From positions 1-64,000 of the forward strand of contig MCFE01000422.1 in NCBI GenBank assembly GCA_002104905.1: a stretch of 64,000 nucleotides of DNA, read 5' to 3'. Origin of the DNA: Basidiobolus meristosporus CBS 931.73 (lineage: Eukaryota; Fungi; Basidiobolomycota). The notes under the pieces are model-generated. The model did no database searches. It had not been told where the DNA came from and saw nothing but the letters and a program-made list of their open reading frames with translations. Shown piece by piece: positions 12,601-25,950 of the stretch (position 1 is the first letter of the stretch; every line of letters begins with the position of its first letter). The position numbers and the translations under genes are program-made.

Positions 12601-13452
12601 TCCCTCTGCTGAGATAATTCAACCGTGCAAATCATTCACCTTAAGAGAGCGAATTAAGAAAATCTAGTTTATCAAACTTGTATTGAACTCAGTTACACCG
12701 GTGCCTACATCGGGAAAGTTTCAAAATATAACAAATCAAACAAAAGACCAGACCAATACTGTGAAGTGCCATAGCCCAATCACCCATTATCGCCTATTTA
12801 ATTTTGGGTTTTATCTCCTTCGCTTGACCAGGAAAAGAGTTTAAGCTGGTCGAAATCTATTTGCCACAACTTGCTTAATGATCACTTCTATATGATGTTA
12901 ATTTAGTAGCAGATAGAGATCCCTCAGTTGACATGGTTGGACAGATTACACTAGTCGAAAATCTTTTCGTGATTCATATAAGCAAATCCAATTAAATGAA
13001 CTCTATATATCTTCAATGGAGCAGAACAGAATGCTAATCAATTACAAAACTGTGTTGGAAAAACCTTGAGCCGACGTTTGTTGGGCTATGTGGGAGAATC
13101 CTAAACAATATATTGTTTTATAGTAAGGCACGATTATTAAATTTCAATGCATCTGGGGATTCAGTGGAGTTCTGTTGCTACTCTATAAAGCACATCTTTT
13201 AAAAAATCATACAATAATTGGTGTACATAGCTTAAAAGTATCACGCTAAAGATCATGATCATTGATTATATCAATGATTTTCAAGCAGAACACTTTCCTC
13301 GACTTGGATTGGTGATAGAGGCTGAGTAACGTGAGCATCGATTTCTATATAAAACCCCTTGATTTGACTCTCAGCTAGAATTGACAGGCCCTTCGATTCT
13401 ACCGTATATTTTCTGTTGTTTTCCACATCTCTTGTTAATGGGGTAAACCTTG

Positions 13453-14568
13453 ATGATTCTAAATCTAGCTCAGCAACAGCATCCACAAGACAACATGAGT
13501 TTAAACCCCAAACTCAAATCGTCGGCTATATCACAGTCGGAATACCACCAAAGATTTAGTAACGATAGAAGTACGCATTCAATTAAATACCATGGCCAGT
13601 CAACCGCCCATTCGCTACCTGAATCGTTGCCCTTCTTCAAACATTCGAAGAATGCAGTACCACACAGAGTTGAACACAGTCCCATAATGCTTTCTAGTAC
13701 TCTACCTACAGACCAATACTCGCACAAGCCAATCCAGCCTCATCGAGCATCCTCTCTGACGGCCCCATTTGATTTCTTCCAAGACAAAGCGGCGAACGGA
13801 AACCACCTCTCTTTTCACAAGCAAATGCACGCTTCACCTGCCCGAAGTATATCATTCGACTCGTCATACTATAATCTTCCGAAGATCAGTATGGATCCTT
13901 CAAGCAGTAGCCCTAAGGAGAAGCATTGTGCTCGCTCCCAATCTTACACCAGTACAACGCCTCCACCCTCACTACCACCACTTTCAGAGACATTGAACAG
14001 TATCTTTACTGATTCGCCTAGAGAATCATCTCTTTCCTGTGATACACATGCTGCAGATAACATCCCCACGCCGAACAGCATCGGCTGCTCCCGAACAATC
14101 TCACCTTTGATGGCTCCGGCCTCAAGGTCCTCCGATTCGCCCAAAGAGCTCCAAACTCTACCCCCCATTCACATTCACGAGAAGGCCCCATTACATGTAC
14201 CGAGCAGCCATCCCCTGACCACGCAATATCAGGAGAGTCAGCAGCTCGAATGTGATTATCCACCCGATGATGACAAAAAGGTATTTTCATTCGTGGCCTT
14301 ACCCGGGATTAACAGCAAAAAAAGACCAAGAAGAAAGTTCGATGAAATAGAACGGCTATACGGATGTAATTGGCAAGGATGCAACAAAAGCTACGGCACA
14401 CTTAACCACCTAAACGCTCACGTCATGATGCAAAAGCACGGTTCCAAAAGACTTCCGAACGGTAAGGGACAGTTAAACAAGGGTACCATTGACACATGCT
14501 AACCGGATCATGTAGAATTTAAGGAGTTGAGGAAGAACTGGAAAAAACAGAGAGACGACAGCAACTGA
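13453..14568 (+). CDS. Con7-like C2H2 zinc-finger transcription factor (2 exons)
   Basis: Ser/Pro-rich N-terminus, then KKRPRRKFDEIERLYGCNWQGCNKSYGTLNHLNAHVMMQKHGSKRLPN|EFKELRKNWKKQ, the Con7 family signature. Intron ~14462-14515; the start could be 13495 instead. Confidence 0.85.
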
Positions 14569-15980
14569 CGGCTGAACCATAGTCATCTAGCTCTGTTGCT
14601 ACATCCCTCAACAGATGTTTTACATACAACTACCTCTAACCACCTCTCCTCTCATGTATATACTTAATGTGTACTTTTTCTCCGTGTACCTTAGATAAAA
14701 CCATTGGTCAAGTTTTCTGTAAACATGATGTGACCCTGTTTGACTAATAGACCACGTACTGGCTTCCATAACCTAATGAATCACTCCCTCCCACAATTGA
14801 TACATATCAAGCTAGGTGTAGATTAATGGAAGAGGGAAAATACTGATGATTGGCATCGCCGTTCCCCGGGGCTATGTAAATTTGACGTCATGATGAGGTA
14901 AACGCCGCACCAGGACTGGTAATTATGGAAATCAACATGTATTAACCTTCGGGCTGCTTCCTAATGGAATTCTACCATCAGATCAGTCATTATCATGTCA
15001 TATCAATCAAAGGTGGGTAGATATTGAATGGCCAACATGAAAGTGAGACAGTGTATCTTGACGAGGGTGATATACATGGGGTTGATGTAAAGGTAATACA
15101 AGTGTCGTGGGATCGCTCATGGTCAACAGGGACTTTCAACGACAACTTTAATAATGGTGATCTAGACATACAAAGCATCGTGCGTCTATTAGTAAAGCTT
15201 CCAATCGAGCGCAGATGATGCACAAATTCGGAATATAGCATCATTTCCTGACTTGCCAAGGAAGGGATGCTTCCTCTGAGTTTGGGAATTCCCCAATCAA
15301 CTGTTACCCATGACGACACCGCACACAAATCTCCCAAAATGCTGCGTGCATAAACCATCGCCCATATGAGTCACTTTGGGCCTTACGATGGTTGGTTGGT
15401 GTTCTCGATAATCCAAATAGTCAGGATGCTCGCGTTTTTGGTAGATAGTGGTATGATTCCGGACGTATTTGGTCGCTTTGGGGTGGATTATCCTAACAAA
15501 TACCAAGATCTTAGTGTAGCGACATATCAGTAATGGCAAGGGCAAAGCCGATTCGTTACATACGAAAGCGTTAGATGTTTCATGCAACATCCAAATTCAT
15601 TATTCTGGATCTCGAAGCATACATGACCTGGTCTTTTACCTTTTCCTTTTCTGGAGGAAGAACCCAACATGCACCATATGAGGTTAATCAGGGTTAAGAA
15701 TCCCTAGATTGCTTGTAATAGTTTTAACCATACCAAGTTATATCAACGTTCAAATTGTTGAATGGGTTCCCGTTGAGTTTACTATTTGGAAGGGAGCTTC
15801 GGCAGGTTTGGACGGAATCACATGACTATGGGCAAACCAGAAAGGATATCGTATTGTGGAGATTGGATGCGGCTAAATGGGAATGGGGTACGTTTTAGAG
15901 TATATACTGAGCACTGAGAAATTCCGTGTTGAGAGCAACTGGGTTTATTTAACTTAGTTCATAACCGTTCATTTCCTTGT

Positions 15981-17945
15981 TTATTTTTTTACCAGGTCCA
16001 AATCCTTCTCCACCAATCTAGCACAGATGGGGTGATAGAAATTCTTGTGCTTGATGAAAGTCTCCTGTGCTAGTTGAGAGCCAGATGGGCATTTGTAAAG
16101 CGCTCTGTACAATGGGCGAGTGAACTTCATACGTCCTTGCTCAGTGATAAACTGGACTACTTTTGGATAGATCTGTTGGTATTCCGCCTTCAAACACACC
16201 ATTTGCCACTTGAATCGGATTTCAGAATTCTGAACTTCACTGAGTTGATACACCTTATCCATGGATTCAAGGAGAGCATGGGGCATAGGTTGGGTCTCAA
16301 GAACCTTTTCTAAGAAGAATACCTTTTGGCTTGGGCTGAATTCTTTGAGGTCGTTGGGTGAGGGCTCAAATGGTGTCTCCCGGCTCTTGTCCCATTTCCC
16401 GGCGAGATGGGTGCAAGCATGCGCAAGACTCTGATCGAAGCTGTTGTCGACAGGGGGCATGCCTGGGGTATGAAGCCATGCCTTCCAGTCTACCTGATCA
16501 AGTAGATCCACTTTCTCTTGTCCGTGTGTCTTCTCCATATAGCTGTAGAGGAAGGTTTTCCATTCGTCGGTGGTAAGTGCTTTTCCGGCGAATTCACGAA
16601 CATACGCTTTCATGTAAGGCTCGAAGACTTCAGGTCCTCCCAAATGTTGCTCTAAGTAGTACAGCAAATTGAAGCCCTTCTCATAGGGAACTCTTGAGAA
16701 TGCATCGTCTGGGTCAACTCCTCTGAGTCTAGGACAAAGGCACGTAAGGGGGTTTTCATGACCAAAGAAGTCGATATCACCTCTGAGGCTGATGACTCCT
16801 TGTAAAGCTCCGAATTGTCGAGCAGGCTCACCACGCAAGCGACCGACAATTTTACGTTCAATGAAGACAGTCCACCCTTCATTAAGCCAAAAGTTTTCCT
16901 AGATAATATTCATGTCAGTACGCAGCTTACAAAACAAACCGTAGAGTAGAATGAGTTACCCAGCTCTTTGTGGTGACCAAATTACCCATCCAACTAATAA
17001 AATGTTACTATTTTTTCAGTACTGAACCAACAGGTGAAAATATCCCTACCTGTGGGCAATTTCATGGGCAACAACGTCCACAAGAGATCTGTCGCCAGCT
17101 AAGAGAGTGGGGGTAACGAATGTAAGGCATGGATTCTCCATTCCACCGTATGGGAAGGAGGAGGGCAACACCAACAAATCATATCTGCCCCATTCATATG
17201 GAGTCAACAATTGTTCTCCGACAGTAATAAAGTCCTCGGTATCCACAAATTCCTCAGCACATTTTTTAACCATGCTTGGTTCACTCCAAACAGTAGTCCG
17301 TGGGCCAATTTCGATGCCTTCCAATTCTCCAACGACAAGGGCAATCAAATATGATGGCATGGTGGTTTTCTGCTCAAACCTGTAGATGCGCGAGTCGCCA
17401 GATACCTCAGGTTCTTCGTTTAGACGAAGTGCACTCATCAAAGCACGAAGTGGAGCAGGGGTATCAATTCTGGCGGAATAAGTGATCTTGATACCTGGTG
17501 AATCTTGGCAAGGAACAAGACTACGCGCATGAATAGGCTGACATTGAGTGAAAAGATATGGATGCTTTTTGCCAACAGTTTGGCTTGGCTCCAACCATTG
17601 TAAAGCACCACTATCTTTGGTGGTTTCGTAGCAGACAGTTATTTGGATTTTCTGGTTGGCTGAGGCTGGAGAGGCGAGGCTGATATGGAGGGCACGTCCG
17701 AATTTGGGATCTTGTTCACTCAAAGTATATTTCAAAGCTTTTTCAGGGTTCTCTCCTTCGTACACTCCGTTGATGACTAGGTGATTGGTATCAAGAATAA
17801 CCTCGTTTACGTTATCAACCAGGGTCTTCAAGGTTACCAGTACATTGCCTACTAGACGCTGTTTACTGAAATCTACTTTCAGATCGAGCGCCAAGTGCTC
17901 AGTGACAACTTGGTCGATGTTTGCAAGAGTATTGGGATCTGACAT
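15981..17945 (-). CDS. LTA4H: Leukotriene A4 hydrolase / M1 Zn aminopeptidase (3 exons)
   Basis: GGMEN motif (GGMENPCLTF), HEIAH spliced to SWMGNLVT..SW then HFWLNEG (HEXXH-X18-E), and a C-terminal GRMKFTRPLYRAL segment. Confidence 0.95.
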
Positions 17946-18762
17946 ATTCAACAAGAAGTATATACCTCAGTAAACATGGAATTGACCACCTTATGTTGAT
18001 ATATGTTGACAGCTGAGACCGAAAAAGATTGATTACGTATTTGTCAATAAATGACACAGAGTAGAAATTCCTCACATGATGAATATGGTAGACAATGCTG
18101 ATGATATTCCCAAATAATCTGCCAGAAAAATGAAGGCCTATTGATTGGGATCCCAAGAATCGTGACAATTCCTTTTTAACACATCTCGAACATTGATGTT
18201 GGTTTCTATACTGCTGTGAGGCCTTTTTTGATATATCTGCAAGACTCAAATCCAAGTGAAATCGTCAAAATAGATCGCTGTACACATACATACACTACAA
18301 TCAACATGACTCATCCTAGCGTACTGCAGGGATCTTCTTCCCCTTGAACAATATTTGAATAGCCCTAATGCTCAATCTGAAGCGCTGATGCTTGTCTTGA
18401 ATTTGATGGGCTTGTTCCCTTGTATGCCTCATTGGATCGATTGCTATCTCCTATATGGATGAGATTCTTGGGCTACAGTATGCCCTTGATGCCTGAACGC
18501 ACCCTATGACAGAAGCTATTGTAGCATCAGATATTGAGCAGGCAGTTATCATCAGTACATGGCAGTGGGGGTGTTGAATTATTTGAGCTATCCCAGAAAT
18601 AACACCTGAATATGTGCAGATATTGTCTTAATATCCATGTAGCTGTAGTAGCTGTGTTGTTTCCAAGGGGTGACTGTGTTTTTCCAAGTTTCAACATATC
18701 TATTGCTTTTATGTAATCAATTCTTGTACCAGCAGGGCTATTGATAATGGTATGGCCTATAA

Positions 18763-19144
18763 TGTTGTAAGAGTTTTGGAGATATTGGAAGTGACTTGGA
18801 GAACAAGTAGATGATGTGGTTTTCACTTAATGATATATTGAACGTAAAAGCAGCATTTTACTTTTACATGATGTTGGCAAGATAGACACGTACAATATGT
18901 TTGGGAAGGTCCCAAGAACATGTGTGCAAAGTTTGGGGCTGCTTGGACTGTTGCAAGTGTTTTGGAGATATTGGAAGTGATTGGGAGAACAAGTAGATTA
19001 TGTGGCTTTCACTTAATGATTTATTGAATATAAAAGTAGTATTTATACTTTTACATGATCTTGGCAAAATAAACATGTAGAAAATGTTTGGAAAGGTCCC
19101 AAAAACATGTGTGCGAAGTTTCGGGCTGATTGGACAGCTTGCAG
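18763..19144. repeat. Tandem direct repeat, ~186-bp unit x2, diverged
   Basis: GTTTTGGAGATATTGGAAGTGA..GGAGAACAAGTAGAT..TGTGG.TTTCACTTAATGAT..ATTGAA...AAAAG...TTTTACATGAT.TTGGCAA...GGTCCCAA.AACATGTGTGC.AAGTTT.GGGCTG occurs at 18773 and again at 18959. Confidence 0.9.
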
Positions 19145-19868
19145 AAATTTCATCTTCTAGGCACCTATTATTTGGTGAAATAATCCAAGTAAATCCCAAC
19201 AAGGAATTTGGCCAGAATTCGTTAGGGTTTGTAGACTATGATCTAAGTGAACAAGTGAATATTTAGGTGTATTTACGAAATATACAACATATAAATCGTA
19301 CGAGCATACAGACTCCCGATCACCCACCACATCAGCGAAGGACAATTTATCAAACCACAACTCACAACTCCAAGGCTCTTATAATAGATTTAATGTATTC
19401 ATCATAAAAAGAGTGTTGAAGTATGATAGGCCAAGTGCTTTGACAACAAAGAACACACAGGCCTCAAAGTTATTGCTGATTAAGTTTTATGAAGAAAATG
19501 GTACCCAGACTATACAAGCCCCCATTTTCACAGGATGCAATGGCAAGTCTGCTCAACAGAGTAGCGTTGGGCAGTTCTACTTTCTGCCATGACTAGTCAA
19601 TGCGGCCAGAAGTGTAGCCTACCCTGGCAGTAGCTGAGCACCGTGACTTAGAAGTGAGTATTAAATCAATCCAATCCATATGTATGTACATAACAGGGCT
19701 AAAGCCCAGAGGTTTACTGGTTAATACTCAAGTGAGCTTGCTAATTGTCGCCTCAAGCTGATGGATAGTTATCATTTGGAGAAAATGTACGGGCCAGCTC
19801 ATAAATACCATTTAACAGCTTCTTAAGAGGCTCACTGAAGCATATTATGGACCAACTGTCAGAAGCAA

Positions 19869-20937
19869 TCAATGTCTATTGACTCCAGACTTTGAGAAGC
19901 CAAACCATTTACCAACACCGATGGTCAGTGTTCCACCAATGATGAGTACTGTGCCAATAATGGAAACGGAATCAGGAACCTCCTTGAAGAGTAAGATTCC
20001 GAATAGAAAAGCAAATACGATGTCGAAGTTACGCATCAACATGATTGGTCCAGCAGGTGCAAGTTGGACCCCCTTGTTTTGCATACTTTGCCCGACAAAT
20101 GCAGTAACTCCTATCACCAACAGGACAACCCAAGACAAGGCGGTGTTGGGCACTGACGACTCGGTAAGGAAGAAGGTGAAGAAGCCAGAGAACAAGATGC
20201 TGGAGCCGCCGAAATAAACGACGTGAGTCATGAAATGCGCAGTTTTGCCCATTTGACGTAACATGACCACCGAGATGGAGGACATAGTAGCGCCCAGCAA
20301 CGACGCCCCAATTGCCCACTTACGTTTCTCCGCGTCAACATCATCAGAATTCGGAAAGCCATCTCCAAAGAGGAAACTGGGTTTACCTATCAGGAGAAAC
20401 CCGATCGTACAAAGCAAGCAAGCGATTGATTCGAATATCCCGTAGGGTTCCTTGAGAAAGATTCGGGCAAGCACAGCGGTCAAAACTGGGCTGATGAAAA
20501 ACAATACTGAAATGATGGTCGAAATTAGGATCAAGACCAATCAGATACCGCAGTGCGGAAAACTTACCTGTGGCGTCTGCAAGATACAGCTGAGTTATTG
20601 CGTAATAGTTCATGGCAAGCCCAATGGCACCGAAGAAGCCGCGGATGAATAAAGCCCAGCGCAGGCCAGGGACACCAAAGGTTGGTACTTGGAGAACACG
20701 GCACATTATGATAGCAAGAACAAACTGGATGATGCTTCGGATGAACACAATCTCCATCGAGGGGAACGCTTGGCCAGAGTACTTGACAAAGATGGCCATT
20801 ACTGAGAAGAAAAAGGACGAAAAGCACATTGCGACCAATCCTGCAATCTCTGACTTGCGGTCATTAGGGCGAGGCAAAAAGCCTCCACTTGCTACCAGAA
20901 GCGGCGAATTTTCCGATGCTCCTTCCTCTACAGACAT
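19869..20937 (-). CDS. EamA/DMT-family transporter (SLC35G1-like, 2 exons)
   Basis: Two hydrophobic EamA repeats; RGFFGAIGLAMNYYAITQLYLADAT|VLFFISPVLTAVLARIFLKE (intron 20567-20507); C-terminal FGILLFKEVPD..SIIG. Confidence 0.9.
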
Positions 20938-21571
20938 GATTCAATGGATGGGGGTTGGTTGGCGGGCTATTGGTTGGGCTTGCTCGTCTCTTATACTTCG
21001 ATCTGCTGGAATGCCGGTAGATTATCATCATCGTTTCTCATCACTGATCACGAAAGATCGATAACCGATAAATGATTATGGAGCATTGCCTCTCTTGGCA
21101 CATGAGCAGAGTGATGTAGAGATTCAGGTAAAACATTGATCCAGCAGCATGTATTCCTGATCGTGGTGGATGACATCCAATCATTCCCGAATGTCCAGCA
21201 GTCGCGCTACCGAATGGAGCTATCTCGCAGACTAATTGATAGAGTAGTCTATTCTTAATTGTGATTAGCTACCAATGAAATTTGTGCTGCGATAATAGTC
21301 TATTTGTCCACATGGTTGTCTTCCAGACTCTTGATTCAACCAGATTCCAAAAGAAGTTGTTTGCTAAGTTAGGGTTAAAATTGGTTGAAGCGGATCGTTA
21401 GTGGCCTTTCAATGACCTCAACTTTCCAAAGAATGGTCTTGATAGAACGGCGTCAAAGATCCAGTATTTCTGAATATATAAGCAGGCTCCATGCAGACAG
21501 CTTGTTTCATTCTTTTTCTCGGTTCACCAGCTAGTCCTTGGTGGCTTTATACTATAGTATCTTCTAGGAAC

Positions 21572-22912
21572 ATGCTTGACGCTGGGGCTATAGCTGCTGC
21601 CATTATTGGCCCTATATGGGTTATTCAAAGCGTTGTCATCGCAATCATGCTGTGGAAGCGCAGACATTGCGAATTCATACGCTATAGATCACCCAAACTC
21701 ACGATCCTCTCTATCTTCACAACCTGCCTGATACATATGGTCCTGGCGTTGCACTGGACGAACACATACGAGGTGCCATGCTTCGTAAACATGTGGGTTT
21801 TGCAACTTGGATATTACCTTGTTGACTGGGTCATCATCGTTAAATCCGTCAGACTTCTATTCATTTATAACCTGAGCGCGGCAAAACTGGCAACCACATT
21901 GAATGCGCCTGCTTCCCCGCCCTGGCCAAAACAAATCACCCAACAAAAGCGTGATTTCCTCAACCACTCCGAGATAGAGATGCCGGATATCTCTAGTATC
22001 TCTGCGGTCATTACCATTCCCAAGCCATCCGACCTCAGCAGTAATTGGTATCATCGGCACAAGAACCTAGGGACTCCAAAGTCATTGTTCAGGCTCATGT
22101 TTGGTGCACTGTTGGTGCACCTGATAGTGCTGGTTATTCAGCAAGCTTTGGGTTATAGTGTGAGTACCAGTTTCTACATCACGTCGGATCTATGCTTCGA
22201 TAGGTGGGAGTGGATCTCCTTTCAGATCTTTTTGGGCTTCTATAGTTGTATATTTATTACTTTGTTGATCCAGTCCAAAGACATCAACGACGCATACGGC
22301 ATCCGCTTGGAGCTGATCATTGTAACTATCGAGTCGCTGCTTTTCAACGGAGTGTTTATTGTATACTTCTCTGTATCTCGCATCAGTTTGTCAAGAGAGT
22401 TGGCGATATCTATCGGGGCCTTTGTCTTCTCCAGCGTCTATTACTTCTTCATGGCCATCAAGCCCGCTTTGCAGGCATATGGATTTTTCCATGGTGGATC
22501 CTTCGGGGCCCAACCCCAGCCTTTAAAGCTTGACAATGAGTCGTTCGAACTGGTGCTCAACAGTCCCGATTTATTCCAGCAGTTCAAGCTGTTTGCTGTA
22601 AAGGACTTCACAGTGGAGAACCTCCTATGCTACGAACAGTACCAGCAATTACATCAGATTCCCCCGGAGTCAGGCTGCTTAAATAACGCGTTGGTGAAGT
22701 TTTTCGAGACATTCGTCCATGTTAATTCCAATCTTATGGTGAATCTCACCTCCGCAACCCGGCACGAAATTGAAGACCTGGTCCAGAGACAGGAATGCCA
22801 TCTGGGCATGTACGACTCGCTGTACCTCGAAGTGAAAGACCTGATGTTTCGCAATACCTTCCCACGATTTTTACTGAGCGACGAGAACTCCTCCAACCTG
22901 TACTACCCTTGA
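21572..22912 (+). CDS. Multi-pass (about 7 TM) membrane protein with C-terminal RGS domain
   Basis: Hydrophobic segments with F.R.RSP.L after TM1 and PCF...W; C-terminal RGS FELVLNSPDLFQQFKLFAVKDFTVENLLCY...FV...SNLMVNL...EVKDLMFRNTFPRFL. Intronless; ATG 21572 preferred over 21491. Confidence 0.85.
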   Translation: MLDAGAIAAAIIGPIWVIQSVVIAIMLWKRRHCEFIRYRSPKLTILSIFTTCLIHMVLALHWTNTYEVPCFVNMWVLQLGYYLVDWVIIVKSVRLLFIYNLSAAKLATTLNAPASPPWPKQITQQKRDFLNHSEIEMPDISSISAVITIPKPSDLSSNWYHRHKNLGTPKSLFRLMFGALLVHLIVLVIQQALGYSVSTSFYITSDLCFDRWEWISFQIFLGFYSCIFITLLIQSKDINDAYGIRLELIIVTIESLLFNGVFIVYFSVSRISLSRELAISIGAFVFSSVYYFFMAIKPALQAYGFFHGGSFGAQPQPLKLDNESFELVLNSPDLFQQFKLFAVKDFTVENLLCYEQYQQLHQIPPESGCLNNALVKFFETFVHVNSNLMVNLTSATRHEIEDLVQRQECHLGMYDSLYLEVKDLMFRNTFPRFLLSDENSSNLYYP

Positions 22913-24129
22913 GACCATGTTCGATTTAGGAGCAATTGATTTACTTCTGGATACGAGGAAGCTCAACCATACATTAGACGCCACCTCCAGATCCCTTCCA
23001 AATTGTCTATACCTCAACCACCCTACCCGACCAACTGTAAATTCTCTGATACCCTTCCTTATCGTAAAATAAAATAGTGCTGCTAATGGTTTGTACAGTC
23101 ACCGGAACAACGTCTTGACTTCACAAATCGCCCTAGAAAGCGTCATCATCCCAATAAGGCAATCAAAGCCTACTTGAAATAAGCGGATCTAGAACCTCAG
23201 CGGGTCCAGGAAACCGCAAATTGATGAATGAGGTCAGATTTGGTAGCAGAAGCCAGCCTGCCAATCGAACAGACGCCCGCACTGGCATGGATCCCGTCGA
23301 ACAAAGGCACTTCTATCCGAGGCTGCTTTCTTTATCAGGCACTCCAGTCGCCTTCGTGTAGATCACTTCTGTCTATTCCCATATATATGGACAGAGTCAG
23401 ACCGATTTCCATTTCGATCGGTGGCAAATAGAATGAGATATCCAAGTGCGACCAGTACGACGTTTCTGGAACCCGATTGCCAATAAGACTAGGCTGCCAG
23501 TCTAGTACATTCTTTCCGTGGCCCACAAAGGTGGCAAGGTTCGAGAATCGGACGCTAAAATCACTTAGAGTGATGTTCGGTGGCTCTTGCAGCCATGGCC
23601 AACTTTGAGCATGTCCCATTTTGAGGAATCCCCGAGTAACCAGCTATCCACTGTCATCCTCGCGTGATGCCAAGCTGCATGTTTCCTTGGTGGTCGGCTG
23701 TGTTATGTGCAATTGTCTGTATTACGACTGTGGCATAAATATATGCCCCCTGTCCCACTTCGGACGGGGCAATCTATCAAGATCGATCCTCAGTGGGACT
23801 TCGATATAGTTAGCAATCCATATAGCGTGCGTATGGAAGTTCCATGGGAGCCACAGTTTCTCGTCAAGTATACTGCGCAAATTGTGTGATTGCAACGAAA
23901 ATTTTATTATTCGACATACTCGGTATTAAACAAGCGCGGAAACTACTTATATCATCGCTTCCCACAAGTGTCCGCAGAATCGGTAAATCAGGCTGGAGAT
24001 GACCAAGGAATTTGATATTCCATGTGGTTGACCACTGTCCCTGGGTAGTAATATAGCTTCACAGTGAATTGGTGATGATTGCAAGATGCCACCGATAAGG
24101 GGCGGTAAGGATTCACGCAAAACTATTCA

Positions 24130-25950
24130 CTAACTATACTGCCAGTGCTGTGATGCCCCGGCTCTAAGTGCCTCCTGGTATGAGGGCGGTAGGTCATCCT
24201 CGGTTTCCTGCGAGGGTGGAACTTCTTCGGCTTCATCCACCATATATCCTAGGTCGAGAGCGGAAGGTGCAGAAGGGATCGAGGGGCGACTATCCCGTGG
24301 AGTAGAGGTGCTTGCACTTGGCTCCACGGTGAGACTATCAAGTGGAGGTTTTTCCATCAAATGCATATGAGGAGCTGATGGCTCGGGATTGAAGGTAGCG
24401 TTTGGTGCGATGTTTTGGGAGGAATTCCGACGACTGTGGCCATTCCCAACCATAATTTGCTCATGAGAGCTGGCTCTACTTAAGTCAAAGCTATTCTTGG
24501 ACGTGCTCGGCTGTATGGAAGGCTCGGGGGCTAGCGTCTGATCTTGCCCTCCGGAGATATCGTACAGCTCCTGGTCCTCGGTCAGGTAAGGCAGAACCAC
24601 AGTCCAATCTCCCTCTTCTTCGGCGGCATGACTTGTGTAATCAGTGATGTCGGGAGTCACCTCGTCCTCTTCGAAAGATTCTCCCATAATGGGGTATGTG
24701 CCTACCACCAAGGGAAATTCATATTCCAATCTTTTTTTGTGAAATGTGCTAGGAACAAGGTCGACTTTCACATGAATCTCATATGAAAAAGATATAAGAG
24801 GTGATTTAATTGTTGTCGGAGGAAGAGAATGTGGAATACGAAGCTTGGCCTCCGCTGTAGTGGAAAGCGATGTGGAATCAACATTATATGCAAGGTCCTG
24901 AGCAAACACTACTGAAGCTTGCTTTTGCTCATATCTAGGAAGAATAAGGCGTGTTAAAGGATGGGTTGCGAGCCAAGGCGTTTCTAATTGCGGTTTACCC
25001 ATTAGCCATGAACGAAGACAACTGGAGAAGCTTCACATGAATCCCATTTGCATCTCTTATCGGTTGAATATGGCTGATGCTGATTTTGACCGGAATTATC
25101 TCACCTAAAAGAGTTTAAATTCATCAGATGTTAACTTGCAATACAGCTGTATCTAAACCGAACCTTTTGTAAATGCTTTTTTTGGTATAAACACTTTAGC
25201 TTTGACTGGTCCCTTGCTCTTCCGGAAGGTTCCTAGTGTGAGAATCGCTTCTTTCGTTTCCTCGAGAGGCGTCAGGTAAATTGGGTCCTGGGAATCAACA
25301 AAATCGGATACAAGGACAGGGCAAACACATCGTGGTGAGAGCGCGGTAGGAATCCATGGCTTATGATGGGTAGCGCGAAGTGTGTATTGAATCGACCCTT
25401 TGTTTCCCTAGGAATTTAGTTAGGTTGTGTAAATGGAGGCAACGGATCCACCTTAAGGAAGATCGCATTTACTTACGAGATAGCACGTTGGCAAAGAGAA
25501 AGACGAAGAAGTTGCAGGGAGATGAAATTCAAAAGGGAACTTATGTTCCCCTATAGACAGATTTGTTGCGGTGTCCGAATTCCGGGTCCCAAACAATATA
25601 AGCTCAGTATTAAATAGGGTTACCGTTTGAGTTTCATTAAATTTACTACAAATAGCGTGAATACGAGGCTAAAGAGGAGGATAAGTCAAGGCATACCGTT
25701 CAGTTAGTGACATCAGTGAAGTAGTGATCTCTCCGATAAATTGGAGAATCACGTACTTTGTGGAAGTATTTCGTGACATTCTCAATACCACATTGCCTAC
25801 ATGTTCACGCCTTTTCATAAGCCAATTTCTATATCTCGGTGGTTACGATGAGAAGAACGTACCGCATACTGCATCTCCTGGAAAATAGGTTCTCTCTTGG
25901 TCATCTAATTCAATGCTCAAACTTGAAGTGGAAGCCAGTGCCGATAGCAT
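24130..25950 (-). CDS. Alpha-arrestin (arrestin N/C domains with PY motif), multi-exon
   Basis: N-terminal SIELDDQERTYFPGDAVCGNVVL; C-domain LRIPHSLPPT.IKSPLISFSYEIHVKV and LEYEFPLVVGTYP; Pro/Ser tail with LPPSY (Rsp5/Nedd4-binding). Confidence 0.85.

Noticed and set aside
18600-18710. Stop-interrupted frame YPCSCSSCVVSKG*LCFSKFQH, suggesting a SWIM finger of a MULE transposase
   Set aside because: The CxC...CxH spacing is wrong, there are several stops, and no DDE region or TIRs were found.
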